From the NCBI RefSeq assembly GCF_001194135.2, contig NC_068988.1, forward strand, positions 77,747,018-77,811,017: DNA of 64,000 nt, in the 5' to 3' direction. Numbering within the stretch: the stretch's first letter is position 1; every line of letters starts with the position of its first letter. Below, in pieces: positions 63,046 to 64,000 of this stretch. Both the position numbers and the translations under genes were made by a program. The notes under the pieces were generated by a model. It saw nothing but the letters and a program-made list of their open reading frames with translations. It had not been told where the DNA came from and made no database searches. Origin of the DNA: Octopus bimaculoides (Eukaryota).

Positions 63046-63447
63046 TGCACAAACAAATATACACTTAAATAAAATACATGTATGCATGTAGGTATATATA
63101 TGTATGCATATATATACCTACATATAATTACATATATATATTTTTGTATTTCAGGACAGGCATTTTTCTTTTGCTAAATAAACACATGCAACTTTATATA
63201 TATTTCTTGACTTGTTTACTAATGTTCTTAGTTTATTTGAACTCATGTCCATTATCCAGAAATCTTTTATCACACATCTGTGACCTCTTCAGTGACACAT
63301 TTTGCTTTTGTGTGTGTTCTTATGGTTTCATCCAAGGAAATACTGGTTCAATACCTTGTATTTTAGGGGAATTAATTTCCTCAGGCATATACATATAACA
63401 TATAGTTTATATTCATATAAAAGAAGTATAAAGAAAATGGACATTAG

Positions 63448-63819
63448 AAGCTTAATAATTGTTTATTATTAACAGCAAATTGATCATCTTCGCTTACAGC
63501 TGTTTTAGTTAATACTCAGTAAATATTAAGTAACTATTAAACTTATTTTTATGTGACCTGAGCATTTTCAGAGGGAAAAAATATACCCTTGGATGCATTA
63601 TATGTGTTTATGCATTCATTATAGCAGATTCAGTCTGTTATGATGAATGCATAAACACATATAAAACATCGAAGGGTATATTTTTTCCCCTCTCAAGATA
63701 TTATACTCAGGTCACATAAAAATAAGTTTAATATTTACTTAATATTTACAGAGCATTAAGTGAAACAGCTGTAAGTGAAGATGATTAATTTGCTGTTAAT
63801 AATAAGCAATTATTAACTT
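63448..63819. repeat. ~370-bp imperfect palindrome with GAAACAGCTGTAAG in its arms
   Basis: Centre GCAGA-TTCAG-TCTGT (63624-63638); arms of about 180 bp with scattered mismatches. Confidence 0.85.
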
Positions 63820-63843
63820 CCCAATCTCCATTTTATTTTTCTT

Positions 63844-63881
<38 letters not shown>

Positions 63882-63911
63882 GTATATATATATATATGTA
63901 TATATATAAGG

Positions 63912-63958
<47 letters not shown>

Positions 63959-64000
63959 ATATAATGTATATATATATATATATATATATAATATGTATAT

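Overview
AT-rich, microsatellite-saturated animal DNA with about 15 assembly gaps. The repeat families (tRNA-derived SINEs, RTE LINEs with (GAT)n tails, Penelope-like elements) look cephalopod/Octopus-like, which is an inference from my recognition of them. I recognise no host protein-coding exon, rRNA, true tRNA gene or CRISPR array, so the window is intergenic or deep intronic. It is made of decayed Tc1/mariner, hAT-MITE, RTE, CR1 and Penelope-like (PLE) elements and many SINEs. The standout is 14385-25364: about 2.2 tandem copies of a 343-bp, hairpin-rich unit carrying a minimal type I hammerhead ribozyme (HHR) fold, resembling a non-LTR retrozyme. Both available copies of one site in this unit (CAGCTAGCAAGCC) are occupied by L1/Tx1-clade retrotransposons with target-site duplications. 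One site holds a full-length ORF1+ORF2 element; the other holds two stacked ORF1-only (HAL1-like) relatives, one of which has taken three solo LTRs in its 3' UTR. Elsewhere there are several dispersed HHR motifs (one with an intact core at 60351-60434) and four long DNA palindromes.
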